IMG/VR virus record: IMGVR_UViG_3300028048_000054
Origin: a virus
Lineage: Duplodnaviria > Caudoviricetes
DNA: 64,000 nt
Reading direction: 5' to 3' (one strand)
The position numbers were made by a program, and so were the translations under genes. A model generated the notes under the pieces. It was not told where the DNA came from. It was given only the letters and a program-made list of their open reading frames with translations, and did no database searches. Position 1 is the first letter of the stretch. Each line of letters opens with the position of its first letter. Below, one piece after another: positions 43,412 through 54,735 of this stretch.

Positions 43412-46378
43412 ATGAAACTTTTAAACCAAATTTTGAACAAGATTAGTTCTAAAAAATTTAACCAAGTACACGATTCTTTAGGGGCTTTGAAATTAATTGC
43501 CTCAGCATTAACATCAGATTCAGACATTTTAAGTTCTTTTTGTGTACTAGCATTTGATGAAGTACCAAACAGAAACTTTACCACAAAAGAATACATTAAC
43601 AGAAAAGCAGATGCTAAAAATGGCTTAAATTTAGTACAAAAACACTTAATCGCCAAGGAAGTATCTAAATTACTTAAAGATGCTTCCGCTTTTTATGACT
43701 CAGAACTGCCAAATTTAATTAAAACCCAAGCAGATTTCAAAAGACCTGAAAATGTAAAAGTATTCAAAACAGCAAAATTTGGTGATGTGGCCTTGATTGA
43801 CAATAAATACCATCTTGTAAACCCATTAACAAAAACAGTAACAGCCGAATACATTGTTTTAGCAGCAGATGCTAATTTCGCTAAATTACACGAACTTATT
43901 GCTAAATACAGAGACGAAAAAGATGTAAAATTAACCGAATTAGACGGTCAAATGGTTTTAACAGGGGCTCCAGAAGTAATTAACGAACTTGAACACCTGA
44001 TTAAAGACATTGGTTACTACTGTGAAGCCGTAGATGAATCAACTGGTGTAGAAGGTGAAATTCCAGAATATTCATTAAAAATTTTTACAGATATGAAACA
44101 AGCAGAACCTGAATTTGATATTGAAAAAGCAGCGGCAAAACATAAACAGGTTGGTGAAGATTCTAAATTTTCATACTGGTTACAATTAGAAGACAACTAT
44201 GAAGATGAGGGGTATTTAGATAGTAAAAAGGTTGGTGACCACGTAGGTTTCTTCTATGTAACAGAAAAAGGAACTCAAGCACCAGCACTATTGGTTTCAC
44301 AATTAGGTTTTTCTGGTGATGGTTTAACAGCACAACGAACCTATCCTATGAAGAGCAAGGAACCAGGAAAGACATATTTGTATGAAGAATATGGTTATAC
44401 CGATGATGATTTTGCCGAAGTATATAATTTCTTAAATGATGGGTTAAAAAGTGTATCTCCTGAAATGAATAAGAAAAATTTAGATGGGTTGACCGTAGAT
44501 AATATTGATGCCACAAACCCAAATTTGGAAAAAGACAATCCAATGTTAAATTCAGAATCCGCAAAGGAAGACGTTGTGGAAAAAACAACATCGGCTCAAG
44601 AAGATATTGATAAATCTGCTGAAGAAAAAATTGATTTTGAAAAAGAATTAATGGACGCTGGAGAATCTGAAGGTGCCAAAGATAAAGTTAATGAAACACA
44701 ATTGGCAATGGGAAAAGAAGTAGAAAAAGAACATACAACCAACCCAGAAATTGCCGAAAAAATCACCAGAGACCACCTTGAAGAAATTCCTGATTATTAC
44801 ACTCACTTAAAAGAAATGGAAGATAATGCGAAGAAAAATGATGCAGTTAAATCTTCCTATGCCCCATTTATGACAGTGGATGCAACAATGAAAGAAGAAA
44901 TTAAAATTTATTCTGGTGACCATTTTATTGGTACTTGTAAAACTATTCAAGCGGCATTTGAAAAGAGTTCTAACGAATTTGCATATGACGGGAATGAGGG
45001 TGCAAGAACTACACATAAAATCTATGAAGATGAAAAAATTACTATCACAGCAGAAGACCAAACAGATGAGTACTTTGTAACACTCTATGTAGGTGGTTTA
45101 GACCAATATCCAGTTCACGGTAAATCAATTAATAAAGAAAAATTAATGGCCGATGCTGATAAAGTAAATTTTGCCGAAACTGAAAGTGAAGAAAATCCTA
45201 GATTAAAAGAGTTTGGTGTAACACTTGCAATGTTGGCAAAAGCAGACGAAGAAGCAACAAAAGTATTAAAAGGCGGTACAGACCCAGAAGGAAAAGCAGA
45301 AGCACCTGTAGAAGCAGCAACAAAAACAGAAGTAACAAAAACAGCAGAAGATGTGGAAGACAATGTTTGGGTTGTTGAAAAAACAAGTGCACCTACAATT
45401 GATGACCAATTAACATTAGATATTTTCTATGTTGTAAATAAAAATACACACGTAGTTGCTCACGATGCAGGTTTTGAACCTTTCCTTTTTCCAACACAGG
45501 AAGATGCACAGAAACACGCAGATAAATTAAATAGTCAAAAAGAAGCATCAGCAAAACCAGAAGTAAAAAAAGAAGCAGGTGAATCTTATGGTTGGGTAGT
45601 TAATTCCGAAGATGCCTGGAATAAACTTATGCTTTGGGAAGAAACCGTTGGTGCCGAACAAGCATTAAGAGATGTAGCAAAGGCAATGGGTGACGAAGAG
45701 TTATCAGAGTGTCTCGCTTATATTTTTAGAATGAATGATTTTAAAGAAGGTTGCTCTGATACTGATGATAGTGATGTAGAATCTGCTAAAAAAGAAAACA
45801 TTGAAAAGAAAGCAGATGATGAACTTAAACAATTCGATATGAAACAAGAGTTAGATGGTCAGAAAGAGTTTGAAAAACAAGATGACTTTTCTCAAGTTTC
45901 AGTTCCAGAAGAAAAAGAAGATACATCAGAAGTAACAGAAACAATGGAAGCCAAACCAGAAGAAACAAAGGGTGAATCATTTTCAGCGTCAGAATTTGGA
46001 AATAATATGGCTTATATTCAACAAAATAAACCAGAAGAATTTAAGTCAATTATGAACAATTTGAAACAACTAATGGTAGGTGACCAACAACCAATTTATG
46101 ACTTTTTAGAGAACTGGGCTTCTCATAATTTCCAAGATTTTACAGCAATGACCAGAGAAGACCCCACCTACGCAAGACACTCACAGTATCAAGAACAATT
46201 AAAAAATAATGTTCTTCCAAAATTAAAAGAAATGTCTGAATATAAACAGGCAATGGAAGAAAAAGTGTCTGCGGAAAAAGGTAATGTAGAGGCTTCTGTA
46301 AGAGAATATGATTCTTCTGACCCAGAAGATGCCGCTGTATACAACCATAATGGAGAAGACGAAGGGGAAGAGGATTAA
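43412..46378 (+). CDS. large acidic multi-domain putative internal virion protein with DUF5661-like domain
   Basis: QLAMGKEVEKEHT.NPEIAEKI..DHL.E.PDYY motif; K-x-A linkers. Confidence 0.75.
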   Translation: MKLLNQILNKISSKKFNQVHDSLGALKLIASALTSDSDILSSFCVLAFDEVPNRNFTTKEYINRKADAKNGLNLVQKHLIAKEVSKLLKDASAFYDSELPNLIKTQADFKRPENVKVFKTAKFGDVALIDNKYHLVNPLTKTVTAEYIVLAADANFAKLHELIAKYRDEKDVKLTELDGQMVLTGAPEVINELEHLIKDIGYYCEAVDESTGVEGEIPEYSLKIFTDMKQAEPEFDIEKAAAKHKQVGEDSKFSYWLQLEDNYEDEGYLDSKKVGDHVGFFYVTEKGTQAPALLVSQLGFSGDGLTAQRTYPMKSKEPGKTYLYEEYGYTDDDFAEVYNFLNDGLKSVSPEMNKKNLDGLTVDNIDATNPNLEKDNPMLNSESAKEDVVEKTTSAQEDIDKSAEEKIDFEKELMDAGESEGAKDKVNETQLAMGKEVEKEHTTNPEIAEKITRDHLEEIPDYYTHLKEMEDNAKKNDAVKSSYAPFMTVDATMKEEIKIYSGDHFIGTCKTIQAAFEKSSNEFAYDGNEGARTTHKIYEDEKITITAEDQTDEYFVTLYVGGLDQYPVHGKSINKEKLMADADKVNFAETESEENPRLKEFGVTLAMLAKADEEATKVLKGGTDPEGKAEAPVEAATKTEVTKTAEDVEDNVWVVEKTSAPTIDDQLTLDIFYVVNKNTHVVAHDAGFEPFLFPTQEDAQKHADKLNSQKEASAKPEVKKEAGESYGWVVNSEDAWNKLMLWEETVGAEQALRDVAKAMGDEELSECLAYIFRMNDFKEGCSDTDDSDVESAKKENIEKKADDELKQFDMKQELDGQKEFEKQDDFSQVSVPEEKEDTSEVTETMEAKPEETKGESFSASEFGNNMAYIQQNKPEEFKSIMNNLKQLMVGDQQPIYDFLENWASHNFQDFTAMTREDPTYARHSQYQEQLKNNVLPKLKEMSEYKQAMEEKVSAEKGNVEASVREYDSSDPEDAAVYNHNGEDEGEED

Positions 46379-47079
46379 TGGAAGTAATTAAAGTAAAGAC
46401 AATTCAAGAATTGCCAGATGCAGTAAGAGATGAGATTAGAAGGCTTTATCTCGAAGACGGGATGAGCCCAATTCTCATTATCAAACAAATCGAAAAGAAT
46501 TTTGGATATGCTTTACCAGGTCTTCATACTTTAGTTCAATATATCAAAACATTGAAACCAGAGTTGTCAAAGGAACCAGAATTATCAGTAGAACTTCCAG
46601 ACGACAATGAAGAACCAAAACCAACAGAATTAGCCCCATTTACAGGTAAGTCAACAACAATCGACATCTCATCAGTTAAATCTCAAAATGAAACACTTAA
46701 AGAATTATTAAAACATAAAATTGAATACTTACAAAATAAATCATTAAGTGAAGAGTTTGATAAAGATTCAGAACAGATTTTACAGAGATACATTGTTGAG
46801 TTCTCAAAATTAACACAGAACGAAGTCAAAATTAAAGACGAGTTCAAAGATTCAGATAAAGTAGCACTTACTGATGTAAAATACTATATCAACAAAATAA
46901 TGTCCAGTGTTAGAATTTGTCTATCAAAACACTGCCCAAAAGAAGTTGATAGTATATTTAAAGATTTAAAAATACAATTAGATTATGCGCTCCGTGATAT
47001 AGTGGACCCGCACATATATTCAAGTCAGGCCAGTATAGATTACGAGCAAAATTTAAAGGAAAAGGAAAATGAAAAATAA
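46378..47079 (+). CDS. hypothetical protein with N-terminal HTH-like segment (terminase small subunit candidate)
   Basis: IRRLYLEDGMSPILII...; position in packaging operon; function speculative. Confidence 0.5.
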   Translation: MEVIKVKTIQELPDAVRDEIRRLYLEDGMSPILIIKQIEKNFGYALPGLHTLVQYIKTLKPELSKEPELSVELPDDNEEPKPTELAPFTGKSTTIDISSVKSQNETLKELLKHKIEYLQNKSLSEEFDKDSEQILQRYIVEFSKLTQNEVKIKDEFKDSDKVALTDVKYYINKIMSSVRICLSKHCPKEVDSIFKDLKIQLDYALRDIVDPHIYSSQASIDYEQNLKEKENEK

Positions 47080-48526
47080 ATTTGATGTAAGATACCAATT
47101 CACAAAAATTGCACGTGACTTATACAACGTGTATGATTCCACCACAAATACTGGTGCGTTTCTTAACACAAAAGACTTATGTGACGATTTAGTCCAAAAG
47201 CGTGGTGGTGTAGCCCTCACACAAGACATTTATGATATGCTTGAAGGTGCTGGCAATGGTCATACTTTTGGCATTACAGAAAGTGCGTTAGAAATTAATA
47301 AAGCAGCAAGTGCAGACGGTATTGAACCTTGGAAATTGGCAGAAGTAGATGGCAAAGAAGTATTTGTATCTGCTTCAACTGGTTTAGAAGTAGAAGATGA
47401 TGATAAACTAACAAAAAAAGCATCATTAAATAAACCCGTTCATACATATAAGGTAGCAATTCATACAGGTACATTAGCAAAAACAGCCAGAGCGCACGAT
47501 ATTCTAATTGGTGCTGGGTATACTGATGAAAATATGTATATTAATCCAGCCAACCCAGATACTGTAGTAGTAACGGTACAAGATGATAAATGCCCATCAC
47601 AAGTTCAAAAAGCAATGTGTGATAAAATGAACGGCGGTTATGTAGATGTAACAGCAGATGACATTGAGTGCTGCCACGATTTCTGCCCTTGTGGTTGTGA
47701 GCCTTTTGACTACCCAGATATGAAAGCAGATGAGTTTGTGTTGATTATTCCTAACAACAAACCTATGTTCGCAACAAGTGCAGATTCATTAAGAGATTAT
47801 GCTACAGCAAACAATTTTGATAATTTTAAAGTATGTGCTGCCGATGGTTCTTCAGTATATGATTCAGCAATGAGAGATGCTATTAAAGAAATTGATGAAG
47901 CAATGCCACAAAATCAAAAAACAGCAGAACAGACATACAAAATTCGCCTTAAAAAAGAGCACGAACAAGATGCCCCAGAATTGGCTGGTAAAGTATTAGA
48001 ATGGACTATGCCACAAATTTTAGAGGAAATTAATAAGGACCACAGTGACCAATGGACTAATTATGATGCTTCAGATTGGCAAGAAGGGTTAAATGAGTGG
48101 ACTTGGTATGAACCAGTAGAAGAAAAAACAGCAGACTTAACAACTGATAAAACTGTGTTTGAAGACGAAAATACTGGAGAAGTTTTTACCAAAGAACAAT
48201 TGGACGCGGACCCAAATAAAGCAAACAGAACACTGAAAACTCACGAAGTAAATTCTCAATACATTAATGATATGTTCAAAGAAGCATCAACAATTGAACT
48301 TTCTTTAGCACAAAAGAATTTATTAAGAGCAGCATTTCACTACTGTGGTTTTGAAAAAGTAGCCTACTTATCTGAAGATTCTTTCTCAATTAAAGCAGGT
48401 GACGCAGTAATTACAGTAGATAATGACAAAGCATCATCTTTACCATTTGCCTTATTCAATGATGTGGCATTAGGTGAAGATAGCAAAGAAAAAGAAGATT
48501 TAAAATCCGATTCAATTTTGGGGTAG
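47069..48526 (+). CDS. acidic putative virion protein
   Basis: 485 aa ORF with K-x-A linkers and a Trp-rich ILEEIN.D.S..W module. Confidence 0.7.
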   Translation: MKNKFDVRYQFTKIARDLYNVYDSTTNTGAFLNTKDLCDDLVQKRGGVALTQDIYDMLEGAGNGHTFGITESALEINKAASADGIEPWKLAEVDGKEVFVSASTGLEVEDDDKLTKKASLNKPVHTYKVAIHTGTLAKTARAHDILIGAGYTDENMYINPANPDTVVVTVQDDKCPSQVQKAMCDKMNGGYVDVTADDIECCHDFCPCGCEPFDYPDMKADEFVLIIPNNKPMFATSADSLRDYATANNFDNFKVCAADGSSVYDSAMRDAIKEIDEAMPQNQKTAEQTYKIRLKKEHEQDAPELAGKVLEWTMPQILEEINKDHSDQWTNYDASDWQEGLNEWTWYEPVEEKTADLTTDKTVFEDENTGEVFTKEQLDADPNKANRTLKTHEVNSQYINDMFKEASTIELSLAQKNLLRAAFHYCGFEKVAYLSEDSFSIKAGDAVITVDNDKASSLPFALFNDVALGEDSKEKEDLKSDSILG

Positions 48527-48530
48527 TAAA

Positions 48531-49265
48531 ATGCCAGAAGAAAGAAAAAACCAAGACACCTATTCAAATGGTGACACAAGTTTTAAAGAAGATAACCAAA
48601 ATAAACGCTGGAAGGGTATTAAGCAAGACCCGAGAAGTGGTAAATTCATCGTTTATATTACAGAATCTTCTGAACGCTTATTTGATGATATTAATAGTGC
48701 TGTAGACTTTATGGTACAGGCATCATATGGTTATGCAATTGAAAAGACAGCAGGTGCCCCAGAATTTGGTGGTGTTGAGCGTGGTCAAGATAATTTAGAG
48801 GGTGTAAAACAAGTAACTATTAAAAGAAAATTGGTGTTAGATAAAGCAACTGGGAAATGGAAAGTTAAAGAAAGTACCAGAACTGATATGGTTGAGAATG
48901 ACCAAGAAGCAGCAAAAAATACTTATACCAATATTGAAGATGCTAAAGACCAGGCTGAAGCAGTTGTTCCAGTAGACCAATACTTAGAGGAACAACAAGA
49001 GGAAGCAAAACAAAAACAGGAACAACAAAAAGATACAAAAGATAAACCTGTTGAAGAAAATGTTGAAGTAGAATCAGCATTGAAAGACTTCCAGCCAGTA
49101 GCAAAATGTGGTCATTGTGGTTGTGCAATTTACCCATATTCAATCAGTGATGAGGCATTTGACAGACAACAATTGGCTGATGCATATTGCCCTGCTTGTG
49201 GTTATGGTTTAGGTGAAGCACAATCTAATGAGCAATCAGTAGACAATTTAATCAAAGGCTATTAA
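48531..49265 (+). CDS. putative virion protein with C-terminal zinc ribbon
   Basis: CGHCG...CPACG. Confidence 0.7.
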   Translation: MPEERKNQDTYSNGDTSFKEDNQNKRWKGIKQDPRSGKFIVYITESSERLFDDINSAVDFMVQASYGYAIEKTAGAPEFGGVERGQDNLEGVKQVTIKRKLVLDKATGKWKVKESTRTDMVENDQEAAKNTYTNIEDAKDQAEAVVPVDQYLEEQQEEAKQKQEQQKDTKDKPVEENVEVESALKDFQPVAKCGHCGCAIYPYSISDEAFDRQQLADAYCPACGYGLGEAQSNEQSVDNLIKGY

Positions 49266-49267
49266 TA

Positions 49268-49573
49268 ATGAATAGAGACTATTTTGAAATCTTATCACTC
49301 CTAGCGGGTGGAAATGCAGAGAAGATGGCTGATATGTTTTTAATGTACAAAGCATATACTGGCAGAGATTATGAGCATTTCAAGAAAGCGGTGCATACAG
49401 TAGTTATGTATGGGTTAGTGGAAAGATTAGATATGTCTCTTCCTTTATTTACAGGTAGTGCACGAGTCAAACTTACCAAAAGAGGTTTTGATTCATTAGA
49501 TACATATGAAGAAGGATTCTATAAGGGCACCGAAGAGGGATTATTTATAGACTCCGAATTTTTAGGTGTGTAA
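49268..49573 (+). CDS. small winged-helix-like protein
   Basis: GLVER...VKLTKRG pattern. Confidence 0.55.
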   Translation: MNRDYFEILSLLAGGNAEKMADMFLMYKAYTGRDYEHFKKAVHTVVMYGLVERLDMSLPLFTGSARVKLTKRGFDSLDTYEEGFYKGTEEGLFIDSEFLGV

Positions 49574-52424
49574 AATGGATTTATATGATGTTTCTGATAT
49601 TGTTTCAACATCACTGGATGATTTAGGTGTTCAGTTAGATACGAACAATCCATCAAAACAAGTTTCAAAAGACAAGAGTGAACAGTACAATGATAAACCA
49701 ATTGTACCACAAGTTCGCGCTGGTGAATTTGATGAAGATGTGGATGAAACATTAACACAGATTGAAAATGCTAAATATGCATCTGTGAAAGACCCTATTA
49801 CTCGTGATAATTTCTACCAATCTACCGCTTGTAACTGGAAAGAAACAAAAGAATTATTACAAGAAGACCCAGATTATACAAGTGATAGTGGGTCGATGTA
49901 CTGGTACACAGATGAAGGTGTTTATAGAACTTCCAATCATTGGGGTTTTGGCGTAGGTAGTTGTGATTGGACATTAAACTCAAACCCAGAATTATCACAC
50001 AGAGATGATGAGGGTTTAAGAACTGGTTTTGCCAAATGGACTGATTTTACTCATACAGATGAAAAAACATTTCCACAAATCGTAGAAATGCTCACCCCCA
50101 AAGAAGCAGGTTTAATTGGTGAAACAGACCAAGATACTGAAGTTTATTATGATAACTATCGGTCACGTCAGTTAGAGCCCAAAGAAGATTTTGTAGAAGA
50201 TGTAACTTACCCAGCAGGTATTGAAACCAGACTTTATACTCAATGCGCCGCAGATGGTGAGGGAGCACAACCAACTAATGTGGTAAATAAAGTAGAAGAA
50301 AACCCAGTTGATAATGTGTCTAATAATATTGTGGACCCAGTAAGCGGACAAAATGGTACACCTAGAAATTATGGTAGTAAGAAACCAGGTGCTACATCAT
50401 TTAAGAATTATGCATTTGAATTAACTACCATTGAAAAGATTGCTGAAGAAATGGTTGTAGAAGCAGATTTGGAAAGTAAGAAACCTTATTTATTACAACA
50501 ATTAAATAAGGCGAAAATTACTGGTGATGAAGCGGAAAAAATTATCACACAAATTAATGAGGCCGACCCAACTGGTAATTATGCTACTTATACTCAATGG
50601 TTATTAGGCCAGTATTTAAAAGGTAATTTTAAGTTGGAAGACAAAGATGAAGCAAAAGAATTATTAAAAACTTTCAACGAAGAGACAAAGTCAAAAAGAT
50701 TAAAAGGTGTTAATATTAATCAAAGTAAGTACCAAGACTTAAAAGCAATTTTGGAAGACCATTTGGGTACAAGTGATAAGGCTTCTGATAAGTTGAGTAA
50801 AGAATTAGAAGATACGGACGCAAAATTTATTTCGTCTTATACAAACCCAAATACAGGTGACAAATACGACTTAATTGAAGTTTCAACTCCAGAAGATGCA
50901 GAAAAGTTATTCTCTGGTTCTGATTGGTGTGTACGGCACCCTGATACCGCTGAACGGTATTTAGAGTCTGGTAATTTCTTATTAATTAGAAAAAATGGTG
51001 AAAACTACTTGTTGAAACACCCAGAAGATTTTAAATGTGTTGATGACACAGACCCAAGTGATGAGGAACGAAAAGAAGTACAAGAAATTTTTTCTGATGA
51101 AAAAATAGTAGATAAATTACCGCCTGAGATAACAATTTCTTTTTTAGAATCAGGTGAGATAGAATTAACAGATAAAGTTATATCTGGTTTATTGAATAAT
51201 AAGGATTATTCTGATTATTCAGGTAGACAGTTATTACAACGGGGTATTATCACATATAGTAGTGACCCAGAATTATTTACAAAAATAGTTGAAAAGTTAT
51301 TAAGTAATGGGCATCAATATTTTCTAATTGAAGACAATATTGTTAAACGAGGAGAAACACCTGAACTATTTCATAAAATTTTGCAACAATATATAAATAG
51401 AGACCCATTTTTTGCTAAAATGGTTATCAGAGATAATATTTTAAAGAAAGATGAAGAACCTCAATTATATCAAGATGCGATTAATAGTATTATTAATGAT
51501 AATTATAGAACTAAGAGAGATATTCTTTTTACTTTAAAATTGGTTGGCTATCTTAAAGAAGATGAAGATAGAGAAGATGTGTTGGAATACCTTGTGTCAA
51601 AAGGATTTTTACCTGATTTACTTTTATCTAAATTTTTAAAACCTGAAAATCTGTCAGATGAATTATACAATAAAATTTTAGAGAGAAATGATGACAGAGA
51701 CTTATCCTGGTTAATGGTAGAGCATATTTTAACTCAAGAAAAAAGCCCAGAGGCTTTTAATAGAATTATTGAGAAAGTAATAGATGCAAAAAATACACAT
51801 AAACTTTTACTTACTCAAGTTGTAACAGAGACAACTAATAAAGAGTTATTTAAAGAGTTAATTCATAAATCAATTGACCAGGGTCATCTATGTGACTTAG
51901 TTGACGCAAATATTATAACACGGTCTATGGACCAAGGGATTTTTAATTCTGTACTTGAACAGTGTAATGATAAGGATACTTTAGATTATTTATTACGACA
52001 GGAACTTATTACAGAAGAAGAGTATAACAATCTATTACATAGTGAATCTAGTAATGAAAATATAGATGAAAATGAAACTTCAGAGTCTACATCTATGGAC
52101 GAATCAACCAATGATGATACCAACAAAGAATCTGCTTTTGAGTTTACAGATATTAATAAGTTAGCAGATTTTGTACAAGAATTTAATAGGCAGGATGAAT
52201 TAACAGATGAACAGAAAAATAAATTTGTAAATCATCTGCCAGTAGAAGAAGCAAATAAAGACCTGAAAGATGAACTGAAAGAAGATGCAAAACAAACTGG
52301 AAAGGTTATCACACATATTCCAAAAAGTTTAAACTATCCATACATTGAAGATGAAATGGCTGGAAATCAGTTATTTTATAGTGATATGGATTGGATGGAA
52401 ATGAGCGACCTGTCCGAAATGTAA
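49566..52424 (+). CDS. large multi-domain acidic protein
   Basis: SGSMYWY...GVYRTSNHW, DPT..Y..W, DWC modules plus helical repeats. Confidence 0.72.
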   Translation: MCKMDLYDVSDIVSTSLDDLGVQLDTNNPSKQVSKDKSEQYNDKPIVPQVRAGEFDEDVDETLTQIENAKYASVKDPITRDNFYQSTACNWKETKELLQEDPDYTSDSGSMYWYTDEGVYRTSNHWGFGVGSCDWTLNSNPELSHRDDEGLRTGFAKWTDFTHTDEKTFPQIVEMLTPKEAGLIGETDQDTEVYYDNYRSRQLEPKEDFVEDVTYPAGIETRLYTQCAADGEGAQPTNVVNKVEENPVDNVSNNIVDPVSGQNGTPRNYGSKKPGATSFKNYAFELTTIEKIAEEMVVEADLESKKPYLLQQLNKAKITGDEAEKIITQINEADPTGNYATYTQWLLGQYLKGNFKLEDKDEAKELLKTFNEETKSKRLKGVNINQSKYQDLKAILEDHLGTSDKASDKLSKELEDTDAKFISSYTNPNTGDKYDLIEVSTPEDAEKLFSGSDWCVRHPDTAERYLESGNFLLIRKNGENYLLKHPEDFKCVDDTDPSDEERKEVQEIFSDEKIVDKLPPEITISFLESGEIELTDKVISGLLNNKDYSDYSGRQLLQRGIITYSSDPELFTKIVEKLLSNGHQYFLIEDNIVKRGETPELFHKILQQYINRDPFFAKMVIRDNILKKDEEPQLYQDAINSIINDNYRTKRDILFTLKLVGYLKEDEDREDVLEYLVSKGFLPDLLLSKFLKPENLSDELYNKILERNDDRDLSWLMVEHILTQEKSPEAFNRIIEKVIDAKNTHKLLLTQVVTETTNKELFKELIHKSIDQGHLCDLVDANIITRSMDQGIFNSVLEQCNDKDTLDYLLRQELITEEEYNNLLHSESSNENIDENETSESTSMDESTNDDTNKESAFEFTDINKLADFVQEFNRQDELTDEQKNKFVNHLPVEEANKDLKDELKEDAKQTGKVITHIPKSLNYPYIEDEMAGNQLFYSDMDWMEMSDLSEM

Positions 52425-52449
52425 GAGAAGAATTAATACGAGGAAAATT

Positions 52450-54717
52450 ATGGACTTAAACGAATTATTTAAAGATGTAACTTCATTTAACAAAGAAGCA
52501 GCAATGAAAGAAAATATGCGTATGGGTGAATTAAAAGATAGTGTAACTGCTCAAGCATTTCGTGATGCACAAAGAAAATTAGCATCACACGTCAATATTA
52601 TTAAAATTGACTCACCAGAATCAAATTTAACAGAATTTTCGCGCAATAAATTAAGTGGTAAAATGAAAGCAATGTTGTCAGTATCAACGACAGCGGGCTT
52701 AAAAAGATTACCAATTCACTTTGTTGTAAAAGCATCTGTTCCTTCATTGGTAGAAACTCCAGAACAAGTTGTGGCCGCCTTGGATAATGTAGAAGGTAGT
52801 ATCGACAAAGAAGTAAAAGAAATTTTAGAAAAACAAAAACAAATGGCTGCTTATCATAACGAAGATATTGAAGTAAAAGCAGAAGATAAAAAATTTCATA
52901 TTCATTTACCTGGAAATTTTTATACACAAGAAATTTATGGTAAAACTATTGAAGAAGCCTTAGAAAATTATGGATATAAGATGGAAGACATTGTTGAGTG
53001 GTATGACGATGAAGGTAATGGAGAGTATGTAAAAAAAGACTCTTCAGCAAACTCAAACATCACAGTACAAGCCAAGAAGAAAGAAATTGATTTAGGTGTA
53101 AGAGAAAATTCATCAGCCTCACAATTTCCAGTAAAATTATTGGTCTATCCTAAAACCTACTTACCTGAATTAAAGAAAGGTGATATTTTAAACGTAGGTG
53201 GTTTCAAATACAGATACATCGGGGACGAACCAACAATCAGTGGTGATACAGAAAACGGTATTAATGCCCGCTTTGAATTAGTGGTAAATACTAAAAAAGC
53301 ATCATTAAATGTAGTCGCTGATGATACTCAAAACAGTGACCGTTCAGAAAAAACAAAACAAGGTATTGAACAAGCAAAAAAAGATAAGGCCGAGTATGAT
53401 GAAGCACAAGAATATTTAAAAGGATTAACCCCAGAAGATATTGAAAAGATGAGTGAGGATGAATTAGCATTGACTGCTATTCAATGCCGTGACTATGGTG
53501 TTACAAAACCTACTGCACTGACAAAGGCACTAGCAGCACATCCAAATGCCCTGTTGAAATTTTTAAGTATTCCAGATATTTCCTTATTTAATATTGATGA
53601 AGAAGCAACTCCAGCGATGTTAAAGGTTATTGAAGACAGCCCAAAAAATGCACTAGAAGTTTTAAAGACACATAAAAATGAGGTGGAAAAAGTCCCTAAT
53701 TTTGATGGATTACCAGAGTTCTTTAAAAAACCATTGAAGTCAGATTTGGGTGTACAAATTGAAATTGCGAAAACAATGCCCAGTATTTTTGATGAAGAAA
53801 TGGCTAACAATATTATTAGTGGTTCCGAATCTGATGCTGTTGATATTGGGTTAGGTGATGCAACTAATTCTAAAAATCCAGCATACAATCTATTAACTGA
53901 GTTTGCAAAGTCAAAAGATTATAGTAATCAAACTAAGAATGATAAGGAATTGGATATAGAAGATGTTGAATTAGACAATGATACATTCCACACTCCTACA
54001 CACGAAGAAATTAATAATGATTTTCGTGAAGTATATGAAGATTCAAAAACCAAAACAAAAAATCAAGACGGTGCTAGATTGGACAGCCAAGAGTTAGAAG
54101 GACTTGGCAACAATGTTTCTGATGCTATTAGAGAAGAAGAACAGAGACAGCAACAAGAAAATGAAGAGGGTGACAAAGAAGACATCTTAGATGATAATCA
54201 AGAAGCACCAAAAGATGATGATAAAGATGTAAAAAAAAAGACTGAAAGTGAACCAGTAATTGAGAAGGATGCTGCAACCACGGAAGACCTGTCATTTAGA
54301 GCATCTTTAAATCAAGACAACTTTGTTGATTTTACGGCTGGTGAAGATGAAAAGATTCAGTTATTTAAAAATAAATATTCTGAACTTAAAGACATTCCTA
54401 ATGATTGGATTACTGTAAAAGATGAAAAGTGGTCTGGATATATTGAGTGGGCAGTAGATATGGATGCTAGAGAGTGGGGATTATCATCTTTTTCCATTGT
54501 TTGTAAGCCAACTAAAGTAACATATAGTGCAAATTTGGAGTATTTTCCAAACTCAGAATCTGCTGATTTAGGTGAAAGCACAGATGATTGGTTCGAAGTA
54601 GAAATTGATTTAACAAAAATAGATACACAGGTTGAAAGTGTACTAAATGAAGGTTCACAACTTCTAATGCAAAAGATTGAAATTGGCTCGGATAACACAG
54701 CCCTAGCCTACTTCTAA
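52450..54717 (+). CDS. large acidic putative virion protein
   Basis: 755 aa ORF, GAGG SD, K-x-A linkers. Confidence 0.72.
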   Translation: MDLNELFKDVTSFNKEAAMKENMRMGELKDSVTAQAFRDAQRKLASHVNIIKIDSPESNLTEFSRNKLSGKMKAMLSVSTTAGLKRLPIHFVVKASVPSLVETPEQVVAALDNVEGSIDKEVKEILEKQKQMAAYHNEDIEVKAEDKKFHIHLPGNFYTQEIYGKTIEEALENYGYKMEDIVEWYDDEGNGEYVKKDSSANSNITVQAKKKEIDLGVRENSSASQFPVKLLVYPKTYLPELKKGDILNVGGFKYRYIGDEPTISGDTENGINARFELVVNTKKASLNVVADDTQNSDRSEKTKQGIEQAKKDKAEYDEAQEYLKGLTPEDIEKMSEDELALTAIQCRDYGVTKPTALTKALAAHPNALLKFLSIPDISLFNIDEEATPAMLKVIEDSPKNALEVLKTHKNEVEKVPNFDGLPEFFKKPLKSDLGVQIEIAKTMPSIFDEEMANNIISGSESDAVDIGLGDATNSKNPAYNLLTEFAKSKDYSNQTKNDKELDIEDVELDNDTFHTPTHEEINNDFREVYEDSKTKTKNQDGARLDSQELEGLGNNVSDAIREEEQRQQQENEEGDKEDILDDNQEAPKDDDKDVKKKTESEPVIEKDAATTEDLSFRASLNQDNFVDFTAGEDEKIQLFKNKYSELKDIPNDWITVKDEKWSGYIEWAVDMDAREWGLSSFSIVCKPTKVTYSANLEYFPNSESADLGESTDDWFEVEIDLTKIDTQVESVLNEGSQLLMQKIEIGSDNTALAYF

Positions 54718-54735
54718 TTTGGAGATTTAACACAT